The position numbers and the translations under genes are program-made. From a virus, in IMG/VR virus record IMGVR_UViG_3300045988_098493, positions 1 to 43,067 of that record: a DNA stretch of 43,067 bases; one strand, given 5' to 3'. Positions 18,251-26,509 of this stretch are shown here, one piece after another. Position 1 is the stretch's first letter. Each line of letters begins with the position of its first letter. A model generated the notes under the pieces. It saw nothing but the letters and a program-made list of their open reading frames with translations. It searched no databases and was not told the DNA's origin.

Positions 18251-18256
18251 TTCTTT

Positions 18257-20482
18257 TTAGCCGGAACTACCGGGTTCACGGCGTCCGACATCTGTGCCGT
18301 CTATCCAGTAGTTGCCGTCTGTTTTTAGACGGCGGCGGACGGTATCGGGCTTGAGACCCATGTATTCGGCCATACTGTAAACAGTGACTTTTCCATCCAT
18401 CATACAGGCTTCATAGGCATTAGAAAGCTCGATGGATTTATCTTTTGCGAGTTTTTCTTTGTCGCCCCACCGTTTCGCCGCGCCGCGGCTGCCGAGAGCC
18501 TTGAAGTCACTTTCCGGCTGCAGGTCCTCCAACAGGCCGCTGTCCAGCTTATGCACAGGGTAGTCGAACCAGAGGTTCACCGGGTCGAAGCGGGGAAACT
18601 CGCGCAGGGTCCCTTCGATGCGCCATGCAGTCAGGCTGTCGGCTTTTTTGTTGGCAGCGGCCACTTCGACGTCGATCTGGCGCAGGTCAGACAAGCTCAG
18701 ATGCTCCTTTGCAATGGCAAGCATACGGCTTCGGCTGAGGGTGTCATCCGGGCCATAGCTGTCGGAGAAGTCCCGCTTGTCGAGCATCCGCTTGATGACG
18801 GCACAGGCCGCTTTGTTGTGGAGCTGTTCCCGGATGGCGTCGGTGGGGACGAGTTCGGTCATGTCCAGCATGGCGTCGGGGTCGCGGGCGAACACGCCGG
18901 AACCAGATGCACGGTCCATACTGCGTTTGCCGCCCTGTGCGCCCTTGCTGTGGTGGTGGGCGTAGATCACGGCGCAGTCCAGCTCGTGACAGACTTTGTC
19001 GAACTGTCCGCAGAACTTGGACATCTGCTCGGCGGAATTTTCGTCGCCGGTCAGCACCTTATAAATGGGGTCGAAGATGATGGCCGTGAATCCTTCCCGT
19101 TTTGCTCTGCGGATGAGCTTAGGGGCCAGCTTGTCCAGCGGGACCGGGATGCCGCGCAGGTCCCAGATGGCGATCTGGTCGAAGTGATCCGGCGCAAGGC
19201 CCAGCGCGGTGTAAACATCCTCGAAGCGGTGCAGACAGGACACAGGGTCCAGTTCCAGATTCAGGTACAGCACATTTCCCTGCGCACAGCGGAAGCGTCC
19301 CAGCCATGTAGCCCCTTCGGCGATGGCGATGCACAGCTCGATCAGGGCGAAACTCTTTCCCGCCTTAGACGGACCGGCGATCATCATTTTGTGGCCTTTG
19401 CGCAGGACGTCCTCGATCAGTGCATCCCGCAGGGGCGGGACCTTTGAAAAATCCTTGTCTCTGTGCCAGTCCGGGAGATCGTCCGTCTCAGACTCCAGCC
19501 AGTCCTGCCACTCTTCCCAGCAGCTTTTTCCGACGTTCGTTTCCAGCAGGGTCTGCCGGTGCTCTCCGCGCAGGACTCCGGGCATCCGGGACAGGCGTGA
19601 TGGGTTTCGGTTCTGCTGGTCGATGGTCAGACCGTTTTTCTGACAGGCAGAGTAGAGGTAGTCTACCCGCTTGCGATATTCGGTGTAGTCCGGCGCATTG
19701 ACCTTGACGATGGCGTGGATGCTCTTTCCGCCGGAGTAGACCAGCGCAGCACAGGGGAGCTGCAGCTGCTTGATGATCGCAAGCTGTTTACCTAGCTCCA
19801 TGTTGTCGCTTTCCACGAGCGCATAGCGGTAATCGGTGACGTTGGCGTTGTTCCGCCCGCCCTCGACCGGGTTGAAACAGATCCATGCACCGGCTTCAGG
19901 GTCCCAGTCGCCGACGACCTTGCCCACATCGTCGCCGCAGGTGTTCAGTTCTTCGATGAGCTGGGCAGCGGTGCGGTCCCAATACCCCTTTGTGGGGGCA
20001 GGGCGTCCGTCCCGGCGGTAGCTTTCGGTCACATAGGCCACATGCTCGTCCGGCTCGAAGAGGGCTTGCAGATAGCGCTTCAGCTCCTCGGCGGGATGCC
20101 ATTCAGCGGGCAGGGAAAGCTCCTGCTCTTCGACCCATCGCGGGTCCACTAGACGCCCGCTTGCAGCGGTGTCGGTGTTGGATGTGATTTCGTCGCCCCA
20201 GTCCAGCGCGTGCCCAGCGGGGCCGTTCCATCCCTGACGATAGGCCAGCTGAAAGATGCTGCTTTCGGTGACGGGCTGTGCGCTGCCGTGGAAGCTTTCC
20301 CATTTCCGGGTGCATTCGCCCTTGTGGTAGCGTTCAGTGTCGCGGGCGCTCCACTGTTCCCAGACAGCTGCCGGGAATCCGGCTTGCTTCAGCGCCATGC
20401 CCACGGTCGTCCACTCTTCATAGTTCAGGGCGGACGGGCTGAGAAAATCCAGCGCTTCTTTGAGTTCATTTTCATGTTCCAT
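18257..20482 (-). CDS. Primase / replicative helicase fusion (primase-type N-terminus + AAA_25/RepA-like ATPase + C-terminal HTH)
   Basis: 741 aa. Walker A in MIAGPSKAGKSF. The NVLYLNLELD and VIYAHHHSKG motifs are typical of AAA_25 ATPases. The N-terminal ~330 aa look like a primase/PriCT-type domain. The C-terminus is VYSMAEYMGLKPDTVRRRLK. Confidence 0.85.
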   Translation of the reverse strand: MEHENELKEALDFLSPSALNYEEWTTVGMALKQAGFPAAVWEQWSARDTERYHKGECTRKWESFHGSAQPVTESSIFQLAYRQGWNGPAGHALDWGDEITSNTDTAASGRLVDPRWVEEQELSLPAEWHPAEELKRYLQALFEPDEHVAYVTESYRRDGRPAPTKGYWDRTAAQLIEELNTCGDDVGKVVGDWDPEAGAWICFNPVEGGRNNANVTDYRYALVESDNMELGKQLAIIKQLQLPCAALVYSGGKSIHAIVKVNAPDYTEYRKRVDYLYSACQKNGLTIDQQNRNPSRLSRMPGVLRGEHRQTLLETNVGKSCWEEWQDWLESETDDLPDWHRDKDFSKVPPLRDALIEDVLRKGHKMMIAGPSKAGKSFALIELCIAIAEGATWLGRFRCAQGNVLYLNLELDPVSCLHRFEDVYTALGLAPDHFDQIAIWDLRGIPVPLDKLAPKLIRRAKREGFTAIIFDPIYKVLTGDENSAEQMSKFCGQFDKVCHELDCAVIYAHHHSKGAQGGKRSMDRASGSGVFARDPDAMLDMTELVPTDAIREQLHNKAACAVIKRMLDKRDFSDSYGPDDTLSRSRMLAIAKEHLSLSDLRQIDVEVAAANKKADSLTAWRIEGTLREFPRFDPVNLWFDYPVHKLDSGLLEDLQPESDFKALGSRGAAKRWGDKEKLAKDKSIELSNAYEACMMDGKVTVYSMAEYMGLKPDTVRRRLKTDGNYWIDGTDVGRREPGSSG

Positions 20483-20488
20483 GTATGA

Positions 20489-22120
20489 TTACCATCCAAA
20501 GTTCCATACGGGATCTGTGCTCGGCTGTGCGGCGGGCGGAACATAAGTCTTTGCGTCCACGCCCTTCGGGACGCCGCGCCATCCGCCCACCGCGATGCGG
20601 TCGATCATGTGCTTGGCGGCGTCGAAGCTCCAAGTGCCCACATGCTGGAAGCCGTATTTTTCAAGGCAGCGGATCTGTTTCGGGGTGGTCAGGCCCTCGC
20701 TCTGGCGCTTGTGGAGCCGGTCGAGCAGTAATGCCGCTTTTCCCGCAGACTCAACGGCGGCGGACTGGATGCCCAGCTTTTCCAGCGCGGAGGTCTGCTC
20801 GGCGCTGGGCGGTCCGGCTTCCCAGCCAAAGGCTGGCACATAGCCGGACAGGTCCTCGGCCTGAATGCTCATCTCGTACTGCAGCGGGTCCACCAGTTTT
20901 GCTTTTTTGCGGCGCTGCTCTTCCAGCTGTTTTGCAAGGGCTTCTTCGCGCTGGGTGACGACATCTTCGCCAGCCTGTGCAGCGGCTTCTTCGAGGTCCT
21001 GCGGAACGCCGGATTCTGCCAGATTCTCGGTCATCTGCTTGGCGACGGCCCGGTCCTCGCAGACGAGATCCGCAGGGCGGCAGAGTTCATGACGGTCGGT
21101 CATCCACAGGAAGTCCAGCAGCAGAAGGTCCTTCTTGCCCTCGTTCAGGCGGGTCCCACGGCCCACCATCTGGCTGTAAAGACTGCGGACCTTGGTAGGC
21201 CGCAGCACGACGACGCAATCCACAGACGGACAGTCCCAGCCCTCTGTGAGAAGCATAGAGTTGCACAGGACGTTGTACTTTCCTGCCGCGAAATCGTCTA
21301 GGACCTCCCGGCGGTCAGCGCTCTGGCCGTTGACCTCTGCGGCACGGAAGCCGTGCGCATTGAGCAGATCGCGGAACTTTTGGCTCGTCTTGATGAGGGG
21401 CAGGAACACGACCGTTTTGCGGTCTGCGCAGCGCTGTGCCATCTCTGCGGCGATCTGGTCCAGATAAGGGTCCAGCGCTGTGCCAAGCTGGCCCAGCGAA
21501 TAGTCGCCGCTGCTGAATCCGACATCCGAGATGTCCAGTTTCAGTGGGATGGTCTGCGCCATGATCTTGCACAAGTATCCTTCGCGGATGGCATCGGTGA
21601 GTTTGTATTCGAACGCCAGACTGTCGAACACCTCGCCGAGGTTTCGCATGTCGCCTCGGTCCGGCGTCGCGGTGACGCCCAGAACTTTGGCGGCAGGGAA
21701 ATGCTCAAGGATACGGAGATAGCCGTCCGTGATGGCGTGGTGTGCTTCGTCAATGATGATGGTCCCGAAGTAGTCCTGCGGGAAGCGTTCCAGCCGGGAC
21801 GCCCGCTGCAGGGTCTGGACGCTGCCCACAACAACGCGATACCAGCTGTTCAGGCAGGTGGATTCGGCCTTCTCGACGGCGCTGACCAGCCCTGTGGAGC
21901 GCTGCAGCTTGTCAGCGGCCTGTTCCAACAGTTCCCCGCGATGGGCAAGGATGAGCACCCGGTCGCCCGCCCGTACCTGATCGGCGGCGACGGACGCGAA
22001 CACGATGGTCTTGCCGGTCCCGGTCGGGAGGACCAGCAGGGTCCGCAGATGCCCGTTCTCCCATTCAGAGTGGATGTTCTCCCGGGCTGTCTGCTGGTAG
22101 GGACGAAGTGTCTGTGCCAT
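20489..22120 (-). CDS. Superfamily-2 DEAD/DEAH-box helicase (ResIII + Helicase_C type)
   Basis: 543 aa. Motif I LPTGTGKT, motif II IIIDEAHH, then GVTATP and later helicase motifs (LTEGWDCP, QMVGRGTR). Confidence 0.9.
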   Translation of the reverse strand: MAQTLRPYQQTARENIHSEWENGHLRTLLVLPTGTGKTIVFASVAADQVRAGDRVLILAHRGELLEQAADKLQRSTGLVSAVEKAESTCLNSWYRVVVGSVQTLQRASRLERFPQDYFGTIIIDEAHHAITDGYLRILEHFPAAKVLGVTATPDRGDMRNLGEVFDSLAFEYKLTDAIREGYLCKIMAQTIPLKLDISDVGFSSGDYSLGQLGTALDPYLDQIAAEMAQRCADRKTVVFLPLIKTSQKFRDLLNAHGFRAAEVNGQSADRREVLDDFAAGKYNVLCNSMLLTEGWDCPSVDCVVVLRPTKVRSLYSQMVGRGTRLNEGKKDLLLLDFLWMTDRHELCRPADLVCEDRAVAKQMTENLAESGVPQDLEEAAAQAGEDVVTQREEALAKQLEEQRRKKAKLVDPLQYEMSIQAEDLSGYVPAFGWEAGPPSAEQTSALEKLGIQSAAVESAGKAALLLDRLHKRQSEGLTTPKQIRCLEKYGFQHVGTWSFDAAKHMIDRIAVGGWRGVPKGVDAKTYVPPAAQPSTDPVWNFGW

Positions 22121-22250
22121 CAGAACGCCCCCTGCTTCCAGCCCGCAGACGGTGCGGCTTTGGGTTCGGGCGGCGGCAGGAACCGGGTGAGCCGCAAGGA
22201 ACGGGAAGCGCTGGAAAAGCGTGTCCTGCGCGGCGAGATCATCACGTTAT

Positions 22251-22326
22251 AACCTCTCAGGCGCTTTGCGCCAGCTCCCCTGATAGGGGAGCCACTGGCG
22301 AGCCGGTTTTGGCGCTGCTGGATGAA
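22251..22326 (+). repeat. Copy a of the ~76-79-nt two-hairpin repeat family
   Basis: AACCTCTCAG-GCGC-TTT-GCGC-CAGCTCCCCT-GAT-AGGGGAGCC-ACTGGCGAGCCGGTTTTGGCGCTGCTGGATGAA. It lies in the divergent intergenic region upstream of the second capsid gene. Confidence 0.85.
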
Positions 22327-22411
22327 AAAAAGCACGAGCTTTCGGAAGGCGATGGACTCCGCGACAGAGTTCGGGCGATTCTGAAACAATAAACCATTAG
22401 GAGGAAAGACC

Positions 22412-23440
22412 ATGAAAGACAAGACCATGAAGCTCGACTTGCAGCTGTTTGCACAGGCAAGCACCGAGCTGAAGAACACCACTTCGACGTCCGGCATGAC
22501 CGCCGAGATGAAAACCTACTACGAAAAGCGTCTGCTGGATCAGGCGGAACCGGCGCTGGTGCATGACCAGTTCGGCGACAAGTACCCCATTCCGCAGAAC
22601 GGCGGCAAGACCATCGAGTTCCGCAAGTACGACAGTCTGCCCAAGGCGACCACCCCGCTGACGGAAGGCGTGACCCCGAACGGTCAGGCGCTGAACGTCT
22701 CCACCATCACCGCCGAGGTGAAGCAGTACGGCGGCTGGACCCCCATCACTGACACCCTGCAGCTGACTGCCATCGATAACAACATCGTTCAGGCGACCAA
22801 GATCCTTGCGTCTCAGGCGGGCCGCACCATCGACAGCGTGACCCGCGATATCCTTGCGGGCGGCACGAACGTCATCTATGCGCCGAAGGTGGGCACGGAC
22901 GGTGCAGAGACGGCGGTGACCAGCCGCGCAACGCTGGACACGACCTGTCAGCTGACCTCGAAGCTCATCATGAAGGCGGCCACCCAGCTGAAGGCGATGA
23001 ACGCGGATCCCATCGATGGCGGCTACATCGCCATCATCCACCCGTATGCGTCCTATGACCTGCGGAATGACCCGGCATGGATCGACGTGCACAAGTATGC
23101 CCAGCCGGACGAGATCTACAACGGCGAGATCGGCAAACTGCACGGCGTGCGCTTCGTGGAGACGAGCGAAGCGAAGATCTGGAAGGGCACGGGCTGCCCC
23201 AGCGGTCTGGCCGTGTTCGGTACGCTGATCTTGGGCGCTCATGCCTACGGTGTGACCGAACTGGAAGGCGGCGGTCTGGAACACATCGTCAAGCAGCTGG
23301 GCTATGGCGACGACCCGCTGAACCAGCGTGCTTCCGTGGGCTGGAAGGCCACCCAGACCGCAGAACGTCTGGTGGAGCAGTACATGGTGCGCATTGAGAG
23401 CTGCTCGAAGGAATACAGCGCCATTGCGGCGGCGAACTAA
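22412..23440 (+). CDS. Second major capsid protein, HK97-fold (resembles the N4-gp56-type MCP family common in Clostridia phages), with a Prp-type N-terminal motif
   Basis: AGGAGG lies 7 nt upstream. 342 aa. The N-terminus is MKDKTMKLDLQLFAQAS. The core, SAEMKTYYEKRLLDQAEPALVHDQFGDKYPIPQNGGKTIEFRKYDSLPKATTPLTEGVTP, matches my recollection of this MCP family. It is unrelated in sequence to the capsid gene at 10374-11192. Confidence 0.78.
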   Translation: MKDKTMKLDLQLFAQASTELKNTTSTSGMTAEMKTYYEKRLLDQAEPALVHDQFGDKYPIPQNGGKTIEFRKYDSLPKATTPLTEGVTPNGQALNVSTITAEVKQYGGWTPITDTLQLTAIDNNIVQATKILASQAGRTIDSVTRDILAGGTNVIYAPKVGTDGAETAVTSRATLDTTCQLTSKLIMKAATQLKAMNADPIDGGYIAIIHPYASYDLRNDPAWIDVHKYAQPDEIYNGEIGKLHGVRFVETSEAKIWKGTGCPSGLAVFGTLILGAHAYGVTELEGGGLEHIVKQLGYGDDPLNQRASVGWKATQTAERLVEQYMVRIESCSKEYSAIAAAN

Positions 23441-23514
23441 CCTCTCAGGCGCTTTGCGCCAGCTCCCCTAGCAGGGGAGCCATTGGCAGGTCGGTTTTGG
23501 CTCTGCTGGATGAA
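23439..23514 (+). repeat. Copy b of the two-hairpin repeat family
   Basis: It starts within the TAA stop codon of the capsid gene. The first 41 nt are identical to copy a; the loop of hairpin 2 differs (AGC instead of GAT). Confidence 0.85.
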
Positions 23515-23573
23515 AAAGGCGTCTCAAAACCGGAAACAGTTTGGCCCTGCAGAAAAGGGCAGAAGGAGTTTAT

Positions 23574-23840
23574 ATGGCAGTCAAGAAACAGACCGAAGAG
23601 AACCAGAACGCGGAAGCGGTGGAAAAGGAGCAGAAGGAGCTTGTGCCCATCCGGCTGTTCTCGGACGGCGGGCGGTACAAGGGCGACCTGTTCGTGAGCG
23701 TGAACGGCGTGAACTACCAGATCAAGCGCGGTGTGACCGTGAACGTGCCGCCTGAGGTGGCCGAGGTCATCCAGCACAGTCAGGAGCAGGACGACCAGAG
23801 CGCGGCCCGCATGGAAGAGATCATTCAGAGAAGCGAATAA
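23574..23840 (+). CDS. Small capsid-adjacent protein (88 aa), function unknown (possibly scaffold or decoration)
   Basis: AAGGAG lies 7 nt upstream of the ATG at 23574. Product: MAVKKQTEENQNAEAVEKEQKELVPIRLFSDGGRYKGDLFVSVNGVNYQIKRGVTVNVPPEVAEVI. A terminator-like hairpin follows. Confidence 0.6.
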   Translation: MAVKKQTEENQNAEAVEKEQKELVPIRLFSDGGRYKGDLFVSVNGVNYQIKRGVTVNVPPEVAEVIQHSQEQDDQSAARMEEIIQRSE

Positions 23841-23849
23841 AGACCCGTT

Positions 23850-23887
23850 CCCCGGCTCGGCGGCACACGCTGTGCCGGGGATTTTTA
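23850..23887 (+). terminator. Intrinsic terminator-like hairpin after the capsid / small-protein pair
   Basis: There are two alternative stems: CCCCGGC...GCCGGGG, or inner GGCACA-CGC-TGTGCC. Either is followed by ATTTTT. Confidence 0.5.
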
Positions 23888-23914
23888 GTAACCACAGAGG
23901 GGAGATAGATAAAA

Positions 23915-24307
23915 ATGACGGCAGGACAGGCCATTGAACTGGCGGATGCGATGCGGACCGACAACAGCTTTGACCCGATGCTGAAACAGCTGTGGCTGAA
24001 GCAGGTGGACGCCCAGCTGCGCAGGAGCATTCTGGACCGGGCGGACTGCGGGAATGATTTTGACGGCAAGGGAGCCGACACGGCCTTTGCGGACCTTGAG
24101 GGCTTGCAGGAGGACACCGAACTGCTGGCCCCGGCGGCATTTGAGGGGTTATACCCGCACTGGCTGTGTGCACAGATGGACCTTGCGCTGGGCGAGACGG
24201 CCCGGGCCGCGAACGAGTACCAGCAGTACAGCGACATGGTGCAGGAGTTCGGCGCATGGATGCGGCGAAATTACCCGCCCAAGACGGCGGCACAGTTTTT
24301 ATATTGA
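23915..24307 (+). CDS. Hypothetical virion-module protein (130 aa)
   Basis: GAGGGGAG lies upstream. It is an acidic, helical-looking ORF whose TGA stop abuts repeat copy c. Confidence 0.6.
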   Translation: MTAGQAIELADAMRTDNSFDPMLKQLWLKQVDAQLRRSILDRADCGNDFDGKGADTAFADLEGLQEDTELLAPAAFEGLYPHWLCAQMDLALGETARAANEYQQYSDMVQEFGAWMRRNYPPKTAAQFLY

Positions 24308-24384
24308 ACCTCTCAGTCACCTTCGGTGACAGCTCCCCTAAATAGGGGAGCCATTGGCAAGTCGGTTCTGGCTGTGCTGGACGA
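24307..24384 (+). repeat. Copy c of the two-hairpin repeat family
   Basis: Hairpin 1 is replaced by GTCACC-TTC-GGTGAC through compensatory changes. Hairpin 2, GCTCCCCT-AAAT-AGGGGAGC, is conserved. Confidence 0.85.
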
Positions 24385-24438
24385 AGAAAGCTTATGATGT
24401 CGGGAGCGGGATGGCTCCGCGACAGAGGGAAAAGAAAG

Positions 24439-26295
24439 ATGGAATTCAATCTAATCAGCAGCTCACGGCAGATGCTGCGGGCCTTTGGGGGCCTGAACGA
24501 GACTTACGGGTGCGGTGAAGCAGAACTGAGCCAAGGCAGGAATTTTTCGAGCCGGGGTTATCCGGCGCTGGCGACCCGGAAACACCGGCGGCATGTGCGG
24601 CACGCGGCAGCGACGAACGGCATGTATCACCTGAACGGACTGCTGGTCGTTTCGAGGCGGGACCTCATCTATAACCCGGACGAGACGCCCCAGAAGGCAA
24701 GCTTTGTATGGAATGCGGTGACGGACAGCGAAAAGCAGATGATCGGCATGGGCACGAAGGTGCTGATCTGGCCGGACAAGGTGGCGTTCGACACCAAGGA
24801 CCTGTCGGTGACGAAGCTGGGGGCAGAATGGAAATTGAGCAGTCAAAATGCTGTCACTGGGATCAAAAGCGTCAGCTTTACCCCCTGCGATGTGGCAGGT
24901 AAGACCTACACGGTGACCCAGCGCGGGGCCACGGAACCAGAGGACCCGGACGATGGAACATTGTTTCTTAAGCTGAACGACCAGAAGGAGCCTTACAGCA
25001 GCGAAAATGTTTTGGAAATCTACAGCGCGGCCACAGGAAACTGGTCCGCCATCGAGCTGAACTGCTGCAAGCTGGAAGCGACCGGAATCGGCAAAGATTT
25101 TGCGGTCGGGGATACCGTGACCATAAGCGGCATGAGCGGCTCAGAAGAGCATCTGAAGGGTCTGGACGGTGACCATGCTGTTTCTGCAAGGGACGACGAC
25201 TGGATTCAAATTGAGTTGGAATCCAGTGGAACAATGTTTTACGGTGTGCTCACAAAGCTCGCAGACAAGATTCAGTGGATCGGCATCGACGGGATGGGGG
25301 TTGCCGGAAAAGATGACAAACAGGAATTTGTATTGGAGCGACGGGTCCCGGATATTGATTTTCTGACCGAATGCGACAACCGGGTGTGGGGCTGCTCGAG
25401 CAAGGAAAACGTCATCTATGCGTGCAAGCTGGGCGACCCGTCGAACTGGTTCTCGTACCGTGGAACGGCGGCGGACAGCTACGCTGTGAACGTGGGCAGC
25501 GACGGGAGCTTTACCGGCGCGGCCACCTGCATGGGCTATGTGCTGTTCTTCAAAGAAAACTGCATCCACAAGCTGTACGGCTCGAAGCCGTCCGACTACC
25601 AGATGAGCAGCGTGAAGTGCGCGGGCGTGGCCAAGGGGGCCGCGAAGAGCCTGTGCGTGCTGAACGAGGTGCTGTATTACTTTTCGCCGTCCGGCGTGAT
25701 GGCGTGGGACGGGAGCTTGCCCACGAAGGTGAGCGGGAATCTGGAAACCGAACGGCTGAACACGGCCCTGCGGGCTGTGGGCGGGGCGCTGGGCGGACGG
25801 TATTATCTGTACCTCGCGGCGAAGGAGAGCCAGCGGCTGCTGGTGCTGGACACCGAACGCGGCTTATGGACCGAAGAGGACCCGGCTGGACAGGAGATGT
25901 GTTCGACCGGGCGGCAGCTCTATCTTTACGATGGAGAGTCTTTGTGGGGCGTGGACCCTGACAAGGACGAAGGCGAACTGGACCGGGTGCAGTACGAGAT
26001 GGTGACCGGCGACATCGGGCTGGCGCTGGCCGACGACAAATATATTTCCCGGGTTACCATCCGGCTGGATGCGATGGAGCGGGGCGTGGTGACAGTATGG
26101 GCCAGCTACGACGGCGGGGCTTGGAAAGAAGCCGGAAGAGCCGACGTTTCGGACAAGTGGACGCGGGTGAATCTGCCCTTTGTGCCGGAACGGTGCGACA
26201 CGCTGCGGCTGAAGCTGACCGGGACCGGACAGCTTGTGGTGCGAAGCATCGCCCTGACCCTTGCTTCGGCGATGGGAAACCGGGCAGGAAAATAA
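24439..26295 (+). CDS. Large beta-rich virion-like protein (618 aa), function unknown (possibly tail or nozzle)
   Basis: I prefer the ATG at 24439, with GAGGGAAAAG upstream. The C-terminal half has recurring strand-like motifs (VIYACKLGDPSNW, IHKLYGSKPSDYQ, GVMAWDGSLPTKV, RYYLYLAA, QLYLYDGESLWG), suggesting a repeated beta architecture. Confidence 0.65.
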   Translation: MEFNLISSSRQMLRAFGGLNETYGCGEAELSQGRNFSSRGYPALATRKHRRHVRHAAATNGMYHLNGLLVVSRRDLIYNPDETPQKASFVWNAVTDSEKQMIGMGTKVLIWPDKVAFDTKDLSVTKLGAEWKLSSQNAVTGIKSVSFTPCDVAGKTYTVTQRGATEPEDPDDGTLFLKLNDQKEPYSSENVLEIYSAATGNWSAIELNCCKLEATGIGKDFAVGDTVTISGMSGSEEHLKGLDGDHAVSARDDDWIQIELESSGTMFYGVLTKLADKIQWIGIDGMGVAGKDDKQEFVLERRVPDIDFLTECDNRVWGCSSKENVIYACKLGDPSNWFSYRGTAADSYAVNVGSDGSFTGAATCMGYVLFFKENCIHKLYGSKPSDYQMSSVKCAGVAKGAAKSLCVLNEVLYYFSPSGVMAWDGSLPTKVSGNLETERLNTALRAVGGALGGRYYLYLAAKESQRLLVLDTERGLWTEEDPAGQEMCSTGRQLYLYDGESLWGVDPDKDEGELDRVQYEMVTGDIGLALADDKYISRVTIRLDAMERGVVTVWASYDGGAWKEAGRADVSDKWTRVNLPFVPERCDTLRLKLTGTGQLVVRSIALTLASAMGNRAGK

Positions 26296-26317
26296 ACCTC
26301 AAAGAAGGAGATGCCAG

Positions 26318-26509
26318 ATGGCGAATATTTCAGGACTGGGCAAGATCGCGCTGCCCAGCTTTTCGGAGAACATGGCCCCGGAGGACGCGCGGGCCGTCCG
26401 GAATTTCTGCTACCAGCTGCAAGAACAGCTTTTGTATGTGCTGGGAAATCTGGATGAAGAAAATCTTTCGGCGGAGATGCTGAAGAATCTGAAAGGAGAA
26501 TCGGAATGA
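26318..26509 (+). CDS. Small hypothetical protein (63 aa)
   Basis: AAGGAG lies 7 nt upstream of the ATG at 26318. Its stop overlaps the next ATG (ATGA). Confidence 0.5.
   Translation: MANISGLGKIALPSFSENMAPEDARAVRNFCYQLQEQLLYVLGNLDEENLSAEMLKNLKGESE

Noticed and set aside
17040-18256. tRNA or other small RNA genes in the AT-rich intergenic regions.
   Set aside because: No cloverleaf-compatible arm arrangement or T-loop (GTTCRANYC) in the proper context was found by eye. A tRNAscan run would be needed to be certain.
22120-22497. A 125-aa minus-strand ORF upstream of the helicase, and a 94-aa plus-strand ORF (22108-22392).
   Set aside because: Both run through repeat copy a and antisense to the capsid gene start. 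Their sequences are low-complexity and they have no ribosome-binding site. A shorter 40-aa basic ORF ending in TGATG at the helicase start is possible but unsupported.
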